From positions 4,534-68,533 of the forward strand of contig DATKUK010000080.1 in NCBI GenBank assembly GCA_035530655.1: DNA of 64,000 nt, in the 5' to 3' direction. The position numbers and the translations under genes were made by a program. This document shows, in pieces, positions 19,366 to 28,319 of the stretch; the stretch's first letter is position 1, and each line of letters begins with the position of its first letter. Below the pieces are notes generated by a model that was given only the letters and a program-made list of their open reading frames with translations, ran no database searches and was not told where the DNA came from. This stretch comes from Phycisphaerae bacterium. Its GTDB lineage: Bacteria > Planctomycetota > Phycisphaerae > UBA1845 > DATKUK01.

Positions 19366-20871
19366 CTAGTCCGCTGGCTTGGCGCCCGTGCCGGTGCCGG
19401 GCTGCGCCTTTCTCCTGCTGACCGGGGCGGGCTCGCTCCGGCTGACCTGCACGATGGGAATGACGAACTCGCCGAACTCCTCGTCGTCGGTCTTGATCAC
19501 CAGCTTGTCCCCGCCCTTGGGCGGCTGGTAGTCCTCAGGCAGGGTCAGAGTGATGCGGTAGTTGTTGCGCTCCTGGCGGTGATCCAGCTCGACCTTGATG
19601 CGCTCGTCACTGGCCTGACACTCGAGAATCTTGACCGGCTCGTAGTGTAAGAATACATGATAGGGTGGGTGGCTTTCGCCCTCTGCGGGCGCGACAACCA
19701 ATATTTCGTGGGGTACGACACTGACCCGCTCCTGGGTGTTAGCCGATATGGGAGCGTTGGACTGGGTAATCTCTCGCTCGTTGGCCTTGGGGGCGACCTC
19801 ACTCCGACTGACCTGCACGATGGGAATGACCAACTCGGCGAACGCCTGCTCGTCCGTCTTGATCACCAGCTTGTCCCCGCCCTTGGGCGGCTGATAGTCC
19901 TCAGGCAGAGTTAGGGTGATGCGGTAGTCGTTATGCTCCGGGCGATGCTCCAGTTCGACCTTGATGCGCTCGTCACTGGCCTGACACTCGAGCACCGTGA
20001 CCGGCTCGTAGCGCATGAACGCATAGCGCGGACGGCTCTTGCCCTCCGTTGAAGAGAAAACCATGATCTTCCTGGGCACCACGGTAATCCGCTCGGGAAT
20101 GTAGGCCGACAGGGGTACCTTCAGTTGCGGCATCTTGGGCAGGTTGGTCTTGAGCAATACGTGGCCTTTGTGCATGCCTCGTTCGAGCGGCGGTTGAATC
20201 TGCGCCGTCAACAGAAAGCGCTTGCCTTCCTCCACCGTCTCCAGGGTCACGTTGAAGCCCTTCGGCGTGACCTCCACGATCTCCAATTCGAGAGGCTCAT
20301 CGGCGTTACTGGTCAGCTCCACCTGCTTATTCTGGCTTTGGGCCGGCTGGATTCTCCCGAATGTGAAACCGCCTTTGGGCTCCTTTTGAATGAGCTGCTT
20401 GACGGTTCCGTGGATCGACACCCGGGTCTGCTCGTTACTCGGGTCGTTCGTCCAGATGGTTACCGATTTGCGCACCGTGCCCTGCATCCCTTTGGTGTTC
20501 AGCGTGAAGGGCAGTTTTCCTTCCTTGCCCGGGGCAATCTGACGATCATAGGTCTTGATCACCGTACAGCCGCAACTGCCCTTGACCTTGGTGACCATCA
20601 GCGTGTCGTCACCGACGTTGCGCAGAATGATGGCGTGTTCCTTCTGCTGGTCGCCCCACATTTCGCCCAGGTCGAGCGACGCCTCGTCCACCTCGAGCTT
20701 CGGGCCCGTCTTGCCTGCCGCGACCGTGTCGGAGGCACCCGACGGCTGCGTCGAAGGTGCGTTTGTCTGCTGAGAACCAACCTGTACGGCCAGTACGACG
20801 GCCACCAACGCCGATAGGGCAACAATCCCCGCCGACGGCCAACCTGCCATCCGACTGCGTGACATAGTCAA
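19366..20871 (-). CDS. DUF1573 domain protein with duplicated C-terminal module
   Basis: Signal/TM N-terminus. DUF1573 signature ILRNVGDDTLMVTKVKGSCGCT. Two about 120-aa C-terminal repeats. Confidence 0.85.
   Translation of the reverse strand: MTMSRSRMAGWPSAGIVALSALVAVVLAVQVGSQQTNAPSTQPSGASDTVAAGKTGPKLEVDEASLDLGEMWGDQQKEHAIILRNVGDDTLMVTKVKGSCGCTVIKTYDRQIAPGKEGKLPFTLNTKGMQGTVRKSVTIWTNDPSNEQTRVSIHGTVKQLIQKEPKGGFTFGRIQPAQSQNKQVELTSNADEPLELEIVEVTPKGFNVTLETVEEGKRFLLTAQIQPPLERGMHKGHVLLKTNLPKMPQLKVPLSAYIPERITVVPRKIMVFSSTEGKSRPRYAFMRYEPVTVLECQASDERIKVELEHRPEHNDYRITLTLPEDYQPPKGGDKLVIKTDEQAFAELVIPIVQVSRSEVAPKANEREITQSNAPISANTQERVSVVPHEILVVAPAEGESHPPYHVFLHYEPVKILECQASDERIKVELDHRQERNNYRITLTLPEDYQPPKGGDKLVIKTDDEEFGEFVIPIVQVSRSEPAPVSRRKAQPGTGTGAKPAD
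19436..20167. repeat. In-frame tandem duplication, two units, period 366 nt
   Basis: 19436-19650 aligns with 19802-20016 at high identity (ctccgGctgacctgcacgatgggaatgac... vs ctccgActgacctgcacgatgggaatgac...). The remainder of each unit is more diverged. Confidence 0.85.
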
Positions 20872-21062
20872 ACCACCTTTCTGGATATCATCCGCAACGC
20901 CTCTTCACCCCGCCCATTCTGCGACGACCTCGGGCCAGATTCAACCGGGCGGCTTGGTCGCAGGACGCCTGCCCAAATGGGCCACAGTTGCCGTGCGTCG
21001 AGCGACGGCCGTGCCCTGCCGAGCTGCGGTTGCCGCATTGGCGGCGCTGTCGCCCTGTTGCT

Positions 21063-21860
21063 CTACGCTCGCGCCGCCGGTCGGTTCCCGCCGATGGTTG
21101 CTTCTTTCAGGGCGACCCCCCGTTTGTTGCCGTGCCCCAGCCGTATGTCCCCGTACAGGCGGAAAAGCTCACAAAATGCCCGCGCGATCACGCGCAAATT
21201 GGCCCCTGTCTGCTGGCCGATCTGCCGCGGGTAATGATGCACAGGCACCTGCCCGATACGGTAGCCCTTAAGTTTCGCTTTTGCAAGCACTTCCGCGTCG
21301 ATCAGGGCGCCTTCGCTTTGCGGGCTGATCTGGTCGAACAGCCGCCGAGGATACAGTTTGAACGCGCAGTCGATGTCGCGTAAGTTCATGCCAAATAAAA
21401 GGTTAACTAGCGTCGTCCAGGCCCAGGCGTTCAGCTTGCGGACGCCCGACTCCTTGCGGTCCACCCGATAGGCCGAGACGATGTCGTACTTCGCCAGCGC
21501 CGGCAGCAGCCCGGTGATCTCCTGCGGGTCGAACTGGCCGTCCCCATCGGTGTAGAACACCCACTCCTTGCGGGCCTCGGCGAACCCTCGCTGAAGAGCG
21601 CCGCCGTAGCCGCGGTTGGGTCGGTTGTGCACCGCCCGCACCTGCGGATGCTCGTGGGTTAGCCTCTCGGCGATCTCGCCGGTGCGGTCGGCGCTGCCGT
21701 CGTTGACGATGATCACCTCGAAGTCGTCGCTGACCTTCCGGCAGGCGTCCAGCAGGGCCAGCGTCGTCTGTTCGACGTTTCCCTCCTCGTTGTAGCAGGG
21801 CATGAAGGCAGAAAGGGAAAGGCGCTGGGGTACTGATCGCTGCCGTTTCGGACCGCTCAT
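21063..21860 (-). CDS. Family 2 glycosyltransferase (polyprenol-phosphate sugar transferase-like)
   Basis: Trimmed to MSGPKRQ at 21860. LSAFMPCYNEE, IIVNDGSAD and YTDGDGQ (DxD) motifs. Confidence 0.85.
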   Translation of the reverse strand: MSGPKRQRSVPQRLSLSAFMPCYNEEGNVEQTTLALLDACRKVSDDFEVIIVNDGSADRTGEIAERLTHEHPQVRAVHNRPNRGYGGALQRGFAEARKEWVFYTDGDGQFDPQEITGLLPALAKYDIVSAYRVDRKESGVRKLNAWAWTTLVNLLFGMNLRDIDCAFKLYPRRLFDQISPQSEGALIDAEVLAKAKLKGYRIGQVPVHHYPRQIGQQTGANLRVIARAFCELFRLYGDIRLGHGNKRGVALKEATIGGNRPAARA

Positions 21861-21989
21861 GCGCTCACCTGCCCGCCGTTGGCCGCAACGATGCATTATA
21901 CATCGCGACCTCGCCGCAGCGGGTGTACGCCAAGTCCTCTCGGGCCGCCTTGGTCCGGCCGAGCGGCCGGGCGCCCGCGCCGCGGGCGG

Positions 21990-23642
21990 CTAGGAGGGAG
22001 GCGACTCTTGTTGGATCGCGCTTCGAATCCGCTCAACCACCGAGGTCGTGGAGTAGGTGGCGCCTTCCCGCTCGACCATCGGCGCCAGCACGACACGGCC
22101 ACCCTGGGCTTCTATGATCTCACGTCCCACCACGCCCTCCATGCCCCATTGGGCGCCCTTGACCAGTATGTCCGGGCGGATGGCCCGCATGAGCCCGGTC
22201 GGGTCGCCGTCGTCGAAGATGCAGATGAAGTCCACCGCCTGCAAACCGCTGAGCATGCGGGCCCGCTCGTACTGATTGAAGATGGGTCGGCCGGAGCCCT
22301 TGCTGAGCGAGCGGACAGACTGGTCGGAATCCAGTCCGACGATCACCACGTCGCCCTGTCGGCTGCAGAACTCGAAGTAGTCGATGTGCCCCGGGTGCAG
22401 GACGTCGAAGCATCCGTTCGTGAAGACAACGGTGCGCCCCTGGTGTCGCAGCGCTTTCAACTCGACCAACAATTCGTCGAGGGTGCGGAGTTTGGCTGCG
22501 GGCCTACGCTGTCTGGCCAGAAGCTGCGAGACCACCTCTTCGCGCGTGATCGGGACGCAGCCGAACCGCTGTACCTCCAGGCCCGCGGCGACGTTGGCGA
22601 GTTCCACGGCGTCGAGCCAAGGGGCCTTGGCTGCAATGACGGCGGCGAGCCCGGCTGCGAATACCTCGCCGGCCCCCGTGTTGTCGTACACGTTCTGCGG
22701 TGTGGTGGGCACGTGTTCGGGCTGTCGGTCGCGCTCGACCAGCAACGCGCCTTCGCGGTCGAGCGTGACAACTAGCGCGCCGAGCCCGAGGTCGCCGACC
22801 AGCCTCGCAGCGGCCTCGCCCAGTTGCGCGATGCCGTCGAGGCTTTGCCCAGCAAGCCGTTGGATTTCGGTTCGGTTCAGTACCACGCCGGTCGCCCCGG
22901 CCAGCGCCTTGGGATCGCAGTCGGCCGACGGATCGACCAGGACCGGCCTGCCCGCGTCGGTGGCGGCTGCGATAACCTGCTCAGCCAACGGGCCCTCCAC
23001 GACCCCGCAGCCGGAGTCCGTCAGACAGACTGCCTCGACGCTGCCGGTGGCGTGGCGAACAGCCTCGACAAGCTGTGCGCGGGATTCGGGGTCAAGCGGT
23101 CGACGATGGACCTGATCGACGCGAATGAGCTGTTGCCGGTGTCGATGCTGGGCGAGCCCTACGAGCCTGGTTCGCTGGTCGGTAGGGCGCTGCGACGCAC
23201 CGATCAGCCCGTCGACGTTGCAGCCAGACGACTTGAGCAGCTTTCCCAGCCGTCGTCCAGGCCCGTCGGCCCCGACCACGCCGCAGCAGATCACCCGCAC
23301 TCCAAGGGCAGCCAGCGCCGCTGAGGTAGCGCCGGCTCCGCCCGGCCGGTCATCCTGACTGACGACTTTCAGCACTGGCACGGGGGCTTCGGGGCTGACG
23401 CGTTCGGCGTCGCCGACCATGTAGCTGTCCAGCAGAAAATCCCCGATGACCAGCACCCGCAGGCGGTTGAAGGCATCCAACAAGTCTATTAGGGTATTCC
23501 CCAAGACTGGCGGCTCCAACGACAGGGTCGGGGGCACGACCCAGGCGATGGTAGGGCGGTTTTTCAGTGCTGTCAACAGATTCGTGCGGTAGCTGCGCAA
23601 GCAGGCAGCTAAAGTTCCCAACTCTGATAGACCGATAACCAC
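21990..23642 (-). CDS. hldE: Bifunctional heptose 7-phosphate kinase / heptose 1-phosphate adenylyltransferase
   Basis: N-terminal pfkB-type kinase domain plus a C-terminal cytidylyltransferase with FTNGCFDVLHPGHIDYF. The true start may be a downstream TTG/GTG around 23500, because the N-terminal extension is unusually long. Confidence 0.88.
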   Translation of the reverse strand: MVIGLSELGTLAACLRSYRTNLLTALKNRPTIAWVVPPTLSLEPPVLGNTLIDLLDAFNRLRVLVIGDFLLDSYMVGDAERVSPEAPVPVLKVVSQDDRPGGAGATSAALAALGVRVICCGVVGADGPGRRLGKLLKSSGCNVDGLIGASQRPTDQRTRLVGLAQHRHRQQLIRVDQVHRRPLDPESRAQLVEAVRHATGSVEAVCLTDSGCGVVEGPLAEQVIAAATDAGRPVLVDPSADCDPKALAGATGVVLNRTEIQRLAGQSLDGIAQLGEAAARLVGDLGLGALVVTLDREGALLVERDRQPEHVPTTPQNVYDNTGAGEVFAAGLAAVIAAKAPWLDAVELANVAAGLEVQRFGCVPITREEVVSQLLARQRRPAAKLRTLDELLVELKALRHQGRTVVFTNGCFDVLHPGHIDYFEFCSRQGDVVIVGLDSDQSVRSLSKGSGRPIFNQYERARMLSGLQAVDFICIFDDGDPTGLMRAIRPDILVKGAQWGMEGVVGREIIEAQGGRVVLAPMVEREGATYSTTSVVERIRSAIQQESPPS

Positions 23643-23739
23643 AACAGGGTTGAGGACGTTATCGGCCTTTGGGGCGTAGACTAGGGGCGGACGTGGTTCA
23701 CTTCAGGTCTTGGACTTCGGGGGCAACGAGGGACGTTTT

Positions 23740-24957
23740 ATGAGGACCATCGCCATCGCGAACCAGAAGGGCGGCTGTGGCAAGACGACGGTCGCTATCA
23801 ACCTGTCGGCAACACTGGCAAGGGAGGGTCAGCGCGTACTTCTGGTGGATATGGACCCGCAGGGTCATTGCGCCCTCGGGTTGGCCGTCCCGGAAGAGCA
23901 GCTCGAACTGACCATCGCCGACGTACTGATGGGTACCGACTCAGGCGAGCAGGTCGAGTTGAACCGGATCATCTGGCAGATCGCCACGAACTTCGACCTG
24001 GCGCCGTCGCGGATCGACCTGGCCGGTTTCGAGCAACGGATGGCCGGCGCGGACGATCGCGACCTGCGTCTCAAGAACACCTTGGCGGGCGTCGCCGAAC
24101 AGTATGACGTGGTCGTGATCGACTGCCCGCCGCACGTCGGTCTGCTGACGTTCAATGCGCTGCGGGCAGCCGGCGAGGTGATCGTGCCCGTGGACACGGG
24201 TTACTTCTCGCTGCACGGTCTGGGCCGCCAGTTGGAGACGATCGAGCACATCCGGCGCGAGGTGGATCAGGACTTGGTCGTCAAGGTCGTGGCCAATCTC
24301 TACGACGTGCGCACCAAGCTCGGGCGGGAGATGCTGGCCGAACTGCGGAAGCGCCACGGGAAGGTCATGTTCGAGACGTTTGTCAACTTCAACACGAAGT
24401 TGAAGGAGGCGGTCAGCCTGGGCCAGGCGATCACCGAGTACGATCCGTCGAGCATGGGTATGCGTGACTTCACAAAACTGGCGCGGGAGATGCTGGGGCA
24501 CGAGGCCGCGGCGGCGGCGGCGCGTCCCGCGGTCAAGGAGCTTCCAGCCGGGATACTGGATCGGGCCAATGAACTGGCCGCCAAGGCCGAGCAACTGCTG
24601 GCGACCTCTGCTCCGCTGGTGGGCGGTGAGAACATTCCGTCGGCCCCGGCGACCGACGAGGAGATCCAGCAGCGCATCGACCGGATCTACGGCGTCCGTC
24701 GTACCCCGGAGGGGGTCGAGTTCAGCACGCACGCGCCTGGGGCGAGCGAGGTGATGCTCGCCGGCGACTTCAACGATTGGCAGCCCGAGCGGATGACCGA
24801 ACGAGGCGAGCATGATTTCGCCGCGTTGCTGTCGCTCGAGCCGGGTAGGTATCAGTACCGCCTGGTGGTCGACGGGCGGTGGCAGCAGGATCCCTGCAAC
24901 CGTACGGTGGAGACCAACCCGTACGGGGAACTCAACAGCGTTGTCGAGGTCGATTGA
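23740..24957 (+). CDS. ParA/Soj-type ATPase fused to a C-terminal CBM48/AMPK-beta-like glycogen-binding module
   Basis: Trimmed to MRTIAIANQKGGCGKTT (deviant Walker A with signature Lys). The C-terminal 90 aa (VEFSTHAPGASEVMLAGDFNDWQPERM...GRYQYRLVVDGRWQQDP) match the CBM48/E-set pattern. Confidence 0.88.
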   Translation: MRTIAIANQKGGCGKTTVAINLSATLAREGQRVLLVDMDPQGHCALGLAVPEEQLELTIADVLMGTDSGEQVELNRIIWQIATNFDLAPSRIDLAGFEQRMAGADDRDLRLKNTLAGVAEQYDVVVIDCPPHVGLLTFNALRAAGEVIVPVDTGYFSLHGLGRQLETIEHIRREVDQDLVVKVVANLYDVRTKLGREMLAELRKRHGKVMFETFVNFNTKLKEAVSLGQAITEYDPSSMGMRDFTKLAREMLGHEAAAAAARPAVKELPAGILDRANELAAKAEQLLATSAPLVGGENIPSAPATDEEIQQRIDRIYGVRRTPEGVEFSTHAPGASEVMLAGDFNDWQPERMTERGEHDFAALLSLEPGRYQYRLVVDGRWQQDPCNRTVETNPYGELNSVVEVD

Positions 24958-26372
24958 TGCCGGTGCGACCGGGTCATGGCGGCAAGAGCATAGCCGACAT
25001 CGCCCATCTGTACCTTTCGGGGGCGAAGAATGATCCTGCCGCGGACGCATCGGCAGGCGGCGACGGGCAGCGGCCTGCTCTGCGCCTGGCTGGCGCAGTT
25101 GAACCAGCGAACGGCGCTGACTGTGTGGATGTGGTGGCGGTGGTCTGGGAGCATTTGGGGGCGGCTGCCACCAATGGCGCCCATGTATACGCGGAGCACC
25201 TTGCCCGGGCGGGTAAGAGAGTAGCGTTGTTGACGGTCGACGCGGCTGGGGCGGCGCTTCGAGTTTTGCACCGTACCGACGAGGCGCCGCTCCACACGTC
25301 GAAGGGCGCCGTCGAAGAGGGACTGACCGACCCGGAACATCTCGACTGCCTGGTTGGCGTGGTGGACCGTTTGGTCCTGCGGGTAGGGGGATCGGCCAGC
25401 CAGCACGCCGGCGCGCTGGCGGAAGGGGCGGGCAGCGTTTGCGTGCTGGGCCGCTGCGACGCCAACGCCTTGACGTTGAGCTACCAGGCGCTCAAGGCCA
25501 CTGTCCAGCGCTATCCCGACAAAAAGGTGTCGGTGTTCCTGCTGGATGCGGTCTCGGTCCAGGAGGCAGAAGAAGCCGCGCGGAAACTCACCGACCTGGG
25601 TGAGCGGTTCCTGGGTCGACGGCTGGCCTGCGAAGGCTGGTCTTTGCGCAATGGGGCGGTCGATTCGCGGATGATCCAGCATTGTGAAGCCACCGACGGG
25701 CAGTGGGCGCAACGGTGGATCGAGAAGCTGGGTCACTTTGTGGCGCGGTCGCGGTCGGCGTCGAATGGCGGCCATCTAAACGATGGTGTGGTCGCAGTCG
25801 CATCGAGTGGGCAGGAGAAAAGCGCGGCGGCTGGGGATGGGCCGTCCGCGCCGGGCCAGGCTGCCGAAGGGCCCGAAGAAAGTCCATCGCAGGCAGACGC
25901 GGCATCGGGCAACGGGGTGACGACCCTGGAGCCGGTCGACCGTCCCATTGCGTCGGCGGAGGACCTTTACCGGTTCGTATGCAGTCGGGTCCGAGGGATC
26001 GAAGCCGGCCGGGAGGACACGGTGCTCAACGTGGCCTGTGCACCAGCCGGCCAACTCGCCCGTGTGGTGGTCACCCGGGATGGCTGGCGTATCGCAACAG
26101 TGTCCGTCTGCGGAGACGGCGGTGCGGCCGTGCAGACGGCTCGCGAGGCCCTGGACTGGGCCGATCAGGTACTCAGCCAGCCGCCGGCGCGGGGGCGCCA
26201 AATCGTGGTCGCATGCACGCACGGCGGTCTCGAGGCGAAAGTACAGGCCGAGAGGGTGGGGCTGCCGGCACGGGTGGTCCAGGTGCGTCACTTCTCGCTG
26301 GGTTCGCGACTGGGGGTTCTTGTGGATGATTGGAGTTGCGGGGCGTTGGGCGTCGATCCGACCTTTCGCTGA
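24957..26372 (+). CDS. Hypothetical protein, possible degenerate ParA/MinD-like partner
   Basis: ATG at 24957 overlaps the ParA stop (TGATG). The segment VVAVVWEHLGAAATNGAHVYAEHLARAGKRVALLTVD has the beta-strand/P-loop/helix layout of MinD/ParA but lacks the GKT lysines. Acidic, disordered middle. Confidence 0.55.
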   Translation: MPVRPGHGGKSIADIAHLYLSGAKNDPAADASAGGDGQRPALRLAGAVEPANGADCVDVVAVVWEHLGAAATNGAHVYAEHLARAGKRVALLTVDAAGAALRVLHRTDEAPLHTSKGAVEEGLTDPEHLDCLVGVVDRLVLRVGGSASQHAGALAEGAGSVCVLGRCDANALTLSYQALKATVQRYPDKKVSVFLLDAVSVQEAEEAARKLTDLGERFLGRRLACEGWSLRNGAVDSRMIQHCEATDGQWAQRWIEKLGHFVARSRSASNGGHLNDGVVAVASSGQEKSAAAGDGPSAPGQAAEGPEESPSQADAASGNGVTTLEPVDRPIASAEDLYRFVCSRVRGIEAGREDTVLNVACAPAGQLARVVVTRDGWRIATVSVCGDGGAAVQTAREALDWADQVLSQPPARGRQIVVACTHGGLEAKVQAERVGLPARVVQVRHFSLGSRLGVLVDDWSCGALGVDPTFR

Positions 26373-27205
26373 CGATCCATCAAGAAGTGTATCTTGCCCA
26401 TAATCTGGTCCGGCAGGATTTTGCCGAGAAGCTTTTTGGCATGCCGCAGGCTCGTTCGGCGCGTCAGGTGGGCCAGCAGGATGGCTTTGTTATCGAGCCG
26501 GCTGAGGATTCCGGGCAGGTCGGCGGCGTGGAGATGATAGCCGGCGCGGGCCCGCCGGACGTGGTCGGGCTCGAAGAAAGTGCACTCGAGCACCAGCACC
26601 TTGGCGCTGCGGACGTGAGGCAGGTCGAAGAAGTCGCCCTTGGCGGTATCGCCGCAGAACGCCACCAGCGGCACCTCCAGCGGATATTGAATCTGCACGC
26701 CTTTGTTCTTGAGGGCTACCAGCTCGTGCTGCGGCTTGCCGAGCAGCTCGGGCTTGAGCTTGTGGCGGAGTTCGATCAGGCCGAAACCCAGCGAGGGACA
26801 TCCGTGATTGACCGCAAACGCCCTTACGAACAGGCCTTTGCGCAACGTGTAGTCCTGCCCGGGTTCGAGCCCAACGATGTTGGCCGGCGAGGGATGGCCC
26901 TCCATGGCGGCCCAACCGGCCATGATAGCCTTGGCGGGCCCGACCAGTGGGGTCGGCATGAGCATGGTGCCCGGGGCGGCGCCGACGAAGGCCCGCTGGC
27001 TGAAGTAGTAGGCCAGCCCCGCTGCATGATCCATGTGGCCATGGCTTAGCAGGACGTGGTCCAGGGCGACGATCTCGCGCGGGGCCCGGCCGACGTCGAA
27101 GCAGACGTTCAGCTCGGGCAGGCCCACCACCGTCTCCTCGCCTGCCAGCGAGAAGCCGACGAACTTGATGCCTTCGACGGTGAGCTGGTTCAGTCGTGAC
27201 GCCAT
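26288..27205 (-). CDS. MBL-fold hydrolase, RNase Z-like
   Basis: Trimmed to MASRLNQ at 27205. HxHxDH motif LSHGHMDHAAG. Length and layout resemble short RNase Z/ElaC-type proteins. Confidence 0.75.
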   Translation of the reverse strand: MASRLNQLTVEGIKFVGFSLAGEETVVGLPELNVCFDVGRAPREIVALDHVLLSHGHMDHAAGLAYYFSQRAFVGAAPGTMLMPTPLVGPAKAIMAGWAAMEGHPSPANIVGLEPGQDYTLRKGLFVRAFAVNHGCPSLGFGLIELRHKLKPELLGKPQHELVALKNKGVQIQYPLEVPLVAFCGDTAKGDFFDLPHVRSAKVLVLECTFFEPDHVRRARAGYHLHAADLPGILSRLDNKAILLAHLTRRTSLRHAKKLLGKILPDQIMGKIHFLMDRQRKVGSTPNAPQLQSSTRTPSREPSEK

Positions 27206-27260
27206 GGCTCCCGGCACGTTATCAGTATTGCCACAGCGGACCCCGCCGGGCGGTTGCGGC

Positions 27261-27289
27261 TTGACACTCTACATGTGGCCTCTTAGCTT
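27261..27289 (+). promoter_or_regulatory. Candidate sigma70-like promoter (TTGACA-N17-TAGCTT) upstream of nrdR
   Basis: Hexamers at 27261-27266 and 27284-27289, about 95 nt upstream of the nrdR ATG. Sequence match only. Confidence 0.3.
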
Positions 27290-27384
27290 TTCAACGGCTC
27301 CTGAATGGTGCGTATCGGGGTGGATGGGCCAGGTCGGTTGGTTGGGGGGAGGTATTGTCGGGCGCGTCGTATGGAAGCGAGGCT

Positions 27385-27900
27385 ATGCGCTGTCCATTCT
27401 GCCGTGTTGACGACGATCGGGTGATCGACTCGCGGGCCAGCGAGGGTGGCAGCGTGGTCCGCCGCCGTCGGCAGTGCAACGCCTGCGGCAAGCGGTTCAC
27501 CACCTATGAGCGGATCGAGGAGGCGATCAAGCTGGCGGTGATCAAGCGTGACGGCACGCGCCTGCCGTACGACCGGCGGAAGATTTTGGCGGGCTTGCAG
27601 CGTGCGTGCTGGAAGCGGCCGGTGGGCACGCCGGCGCTGGAGGCGCTGGCCGACCACGTGGAGGAGGAGATCTTCCGGCGGTTCGACCGCGAGGTGCCCA
27701 GTCACTTCATCGGCGAGCAGTGCGCCAAGAGGCTGCGGCGGCTGGATCAGGTGGCCTACGTGCGGTTCGCCAGCGTGTATCATCAGTTCAAGGACGTGGG
27801 GCAGTTCATCGACGAAGCCAAACAGGTCCTCGAATCATCACGCGAGGAGACGCCCGGTCAGGGCGGCCTGTTCGATCAGGGGGCGGAAGGCGAGCAGTGA
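27385..27900 (+). CDS. nrdR: Transcriptional repressor NrdR
   Basis: MRCPFCRVDDDRVIDSR...QCNACGKRFTTYE zinc ribbon followed by an ATP-cone. Confidence 0.95.
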   Translation: MRCPFCRVDDDRVIDSRASEGGSVVRRRRQCNACGKRFTTYERIEEAIKLAVIKRDGTRLPYDRRKILAGLQRACWKRPVGTPALEALADHVEEEIFRRFDREVPSHFIGEQCAKRLRRLDQVAYVRFASVYHQFKDVGQFIDEAKQVLESSREETPGQGGLFDQGAEGEQ

Positions 27901-28319
27901 GGGCCGATTGATGGGCGCTGCGATCCGGGGTCAGTTTTTGTGGGGCAGGCTTTCCACACCTCGGGGGCATAGTCCGCAAGCTGCATGCCCACGTCTTACA
28001 AAGGCGTGATGACCCCTTGCGGGCGGCTTTTCCACAGGTCATAATTAGGATGTAGGCAAGAGCGGCGATTTGCAGTTCAGGTATGGGGATCGAATAAGCC
28101 TGGGGCAAGGCCCGCGAGGCGCGAATGGGAAGCTTCCCCCGTAGGTGGCGGGCGTCCTTTTGGGAAGGTGCTGCTGCAATCGCGGATGGATCAGCAAGCC
28201 CCGCTTGAGCGGACGGGTGCGCCCTTGGGTAATCGCATGGCGCGCCTTGCGGCACGCTCCGAGTGGTGCATAAACTGTTGTGTAGGCGCTGTTGTTGGGG
28301 CAAGTGGAGATTGGGAACG

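Noticed and set aside
22011-22040. tRNA T-arm-like string (cttcgaatcc), with a general scan for tRNA/rRNA
   Set aside because: It lies inside the hldE coding frame with no cloverleaf context. I found no convincing tRNA, rRNA, tmRNA or RNase P sequence by eye, although a covariance-model scan (tRNAscan-SE/Infernal) would be needed to be sure.
23941-25050. 369-aa minus-strand ORF
   Set aside because: Antisense to the ParA-CBM48 gene, whose Walker A and CBM48 motifs are unambiguous.
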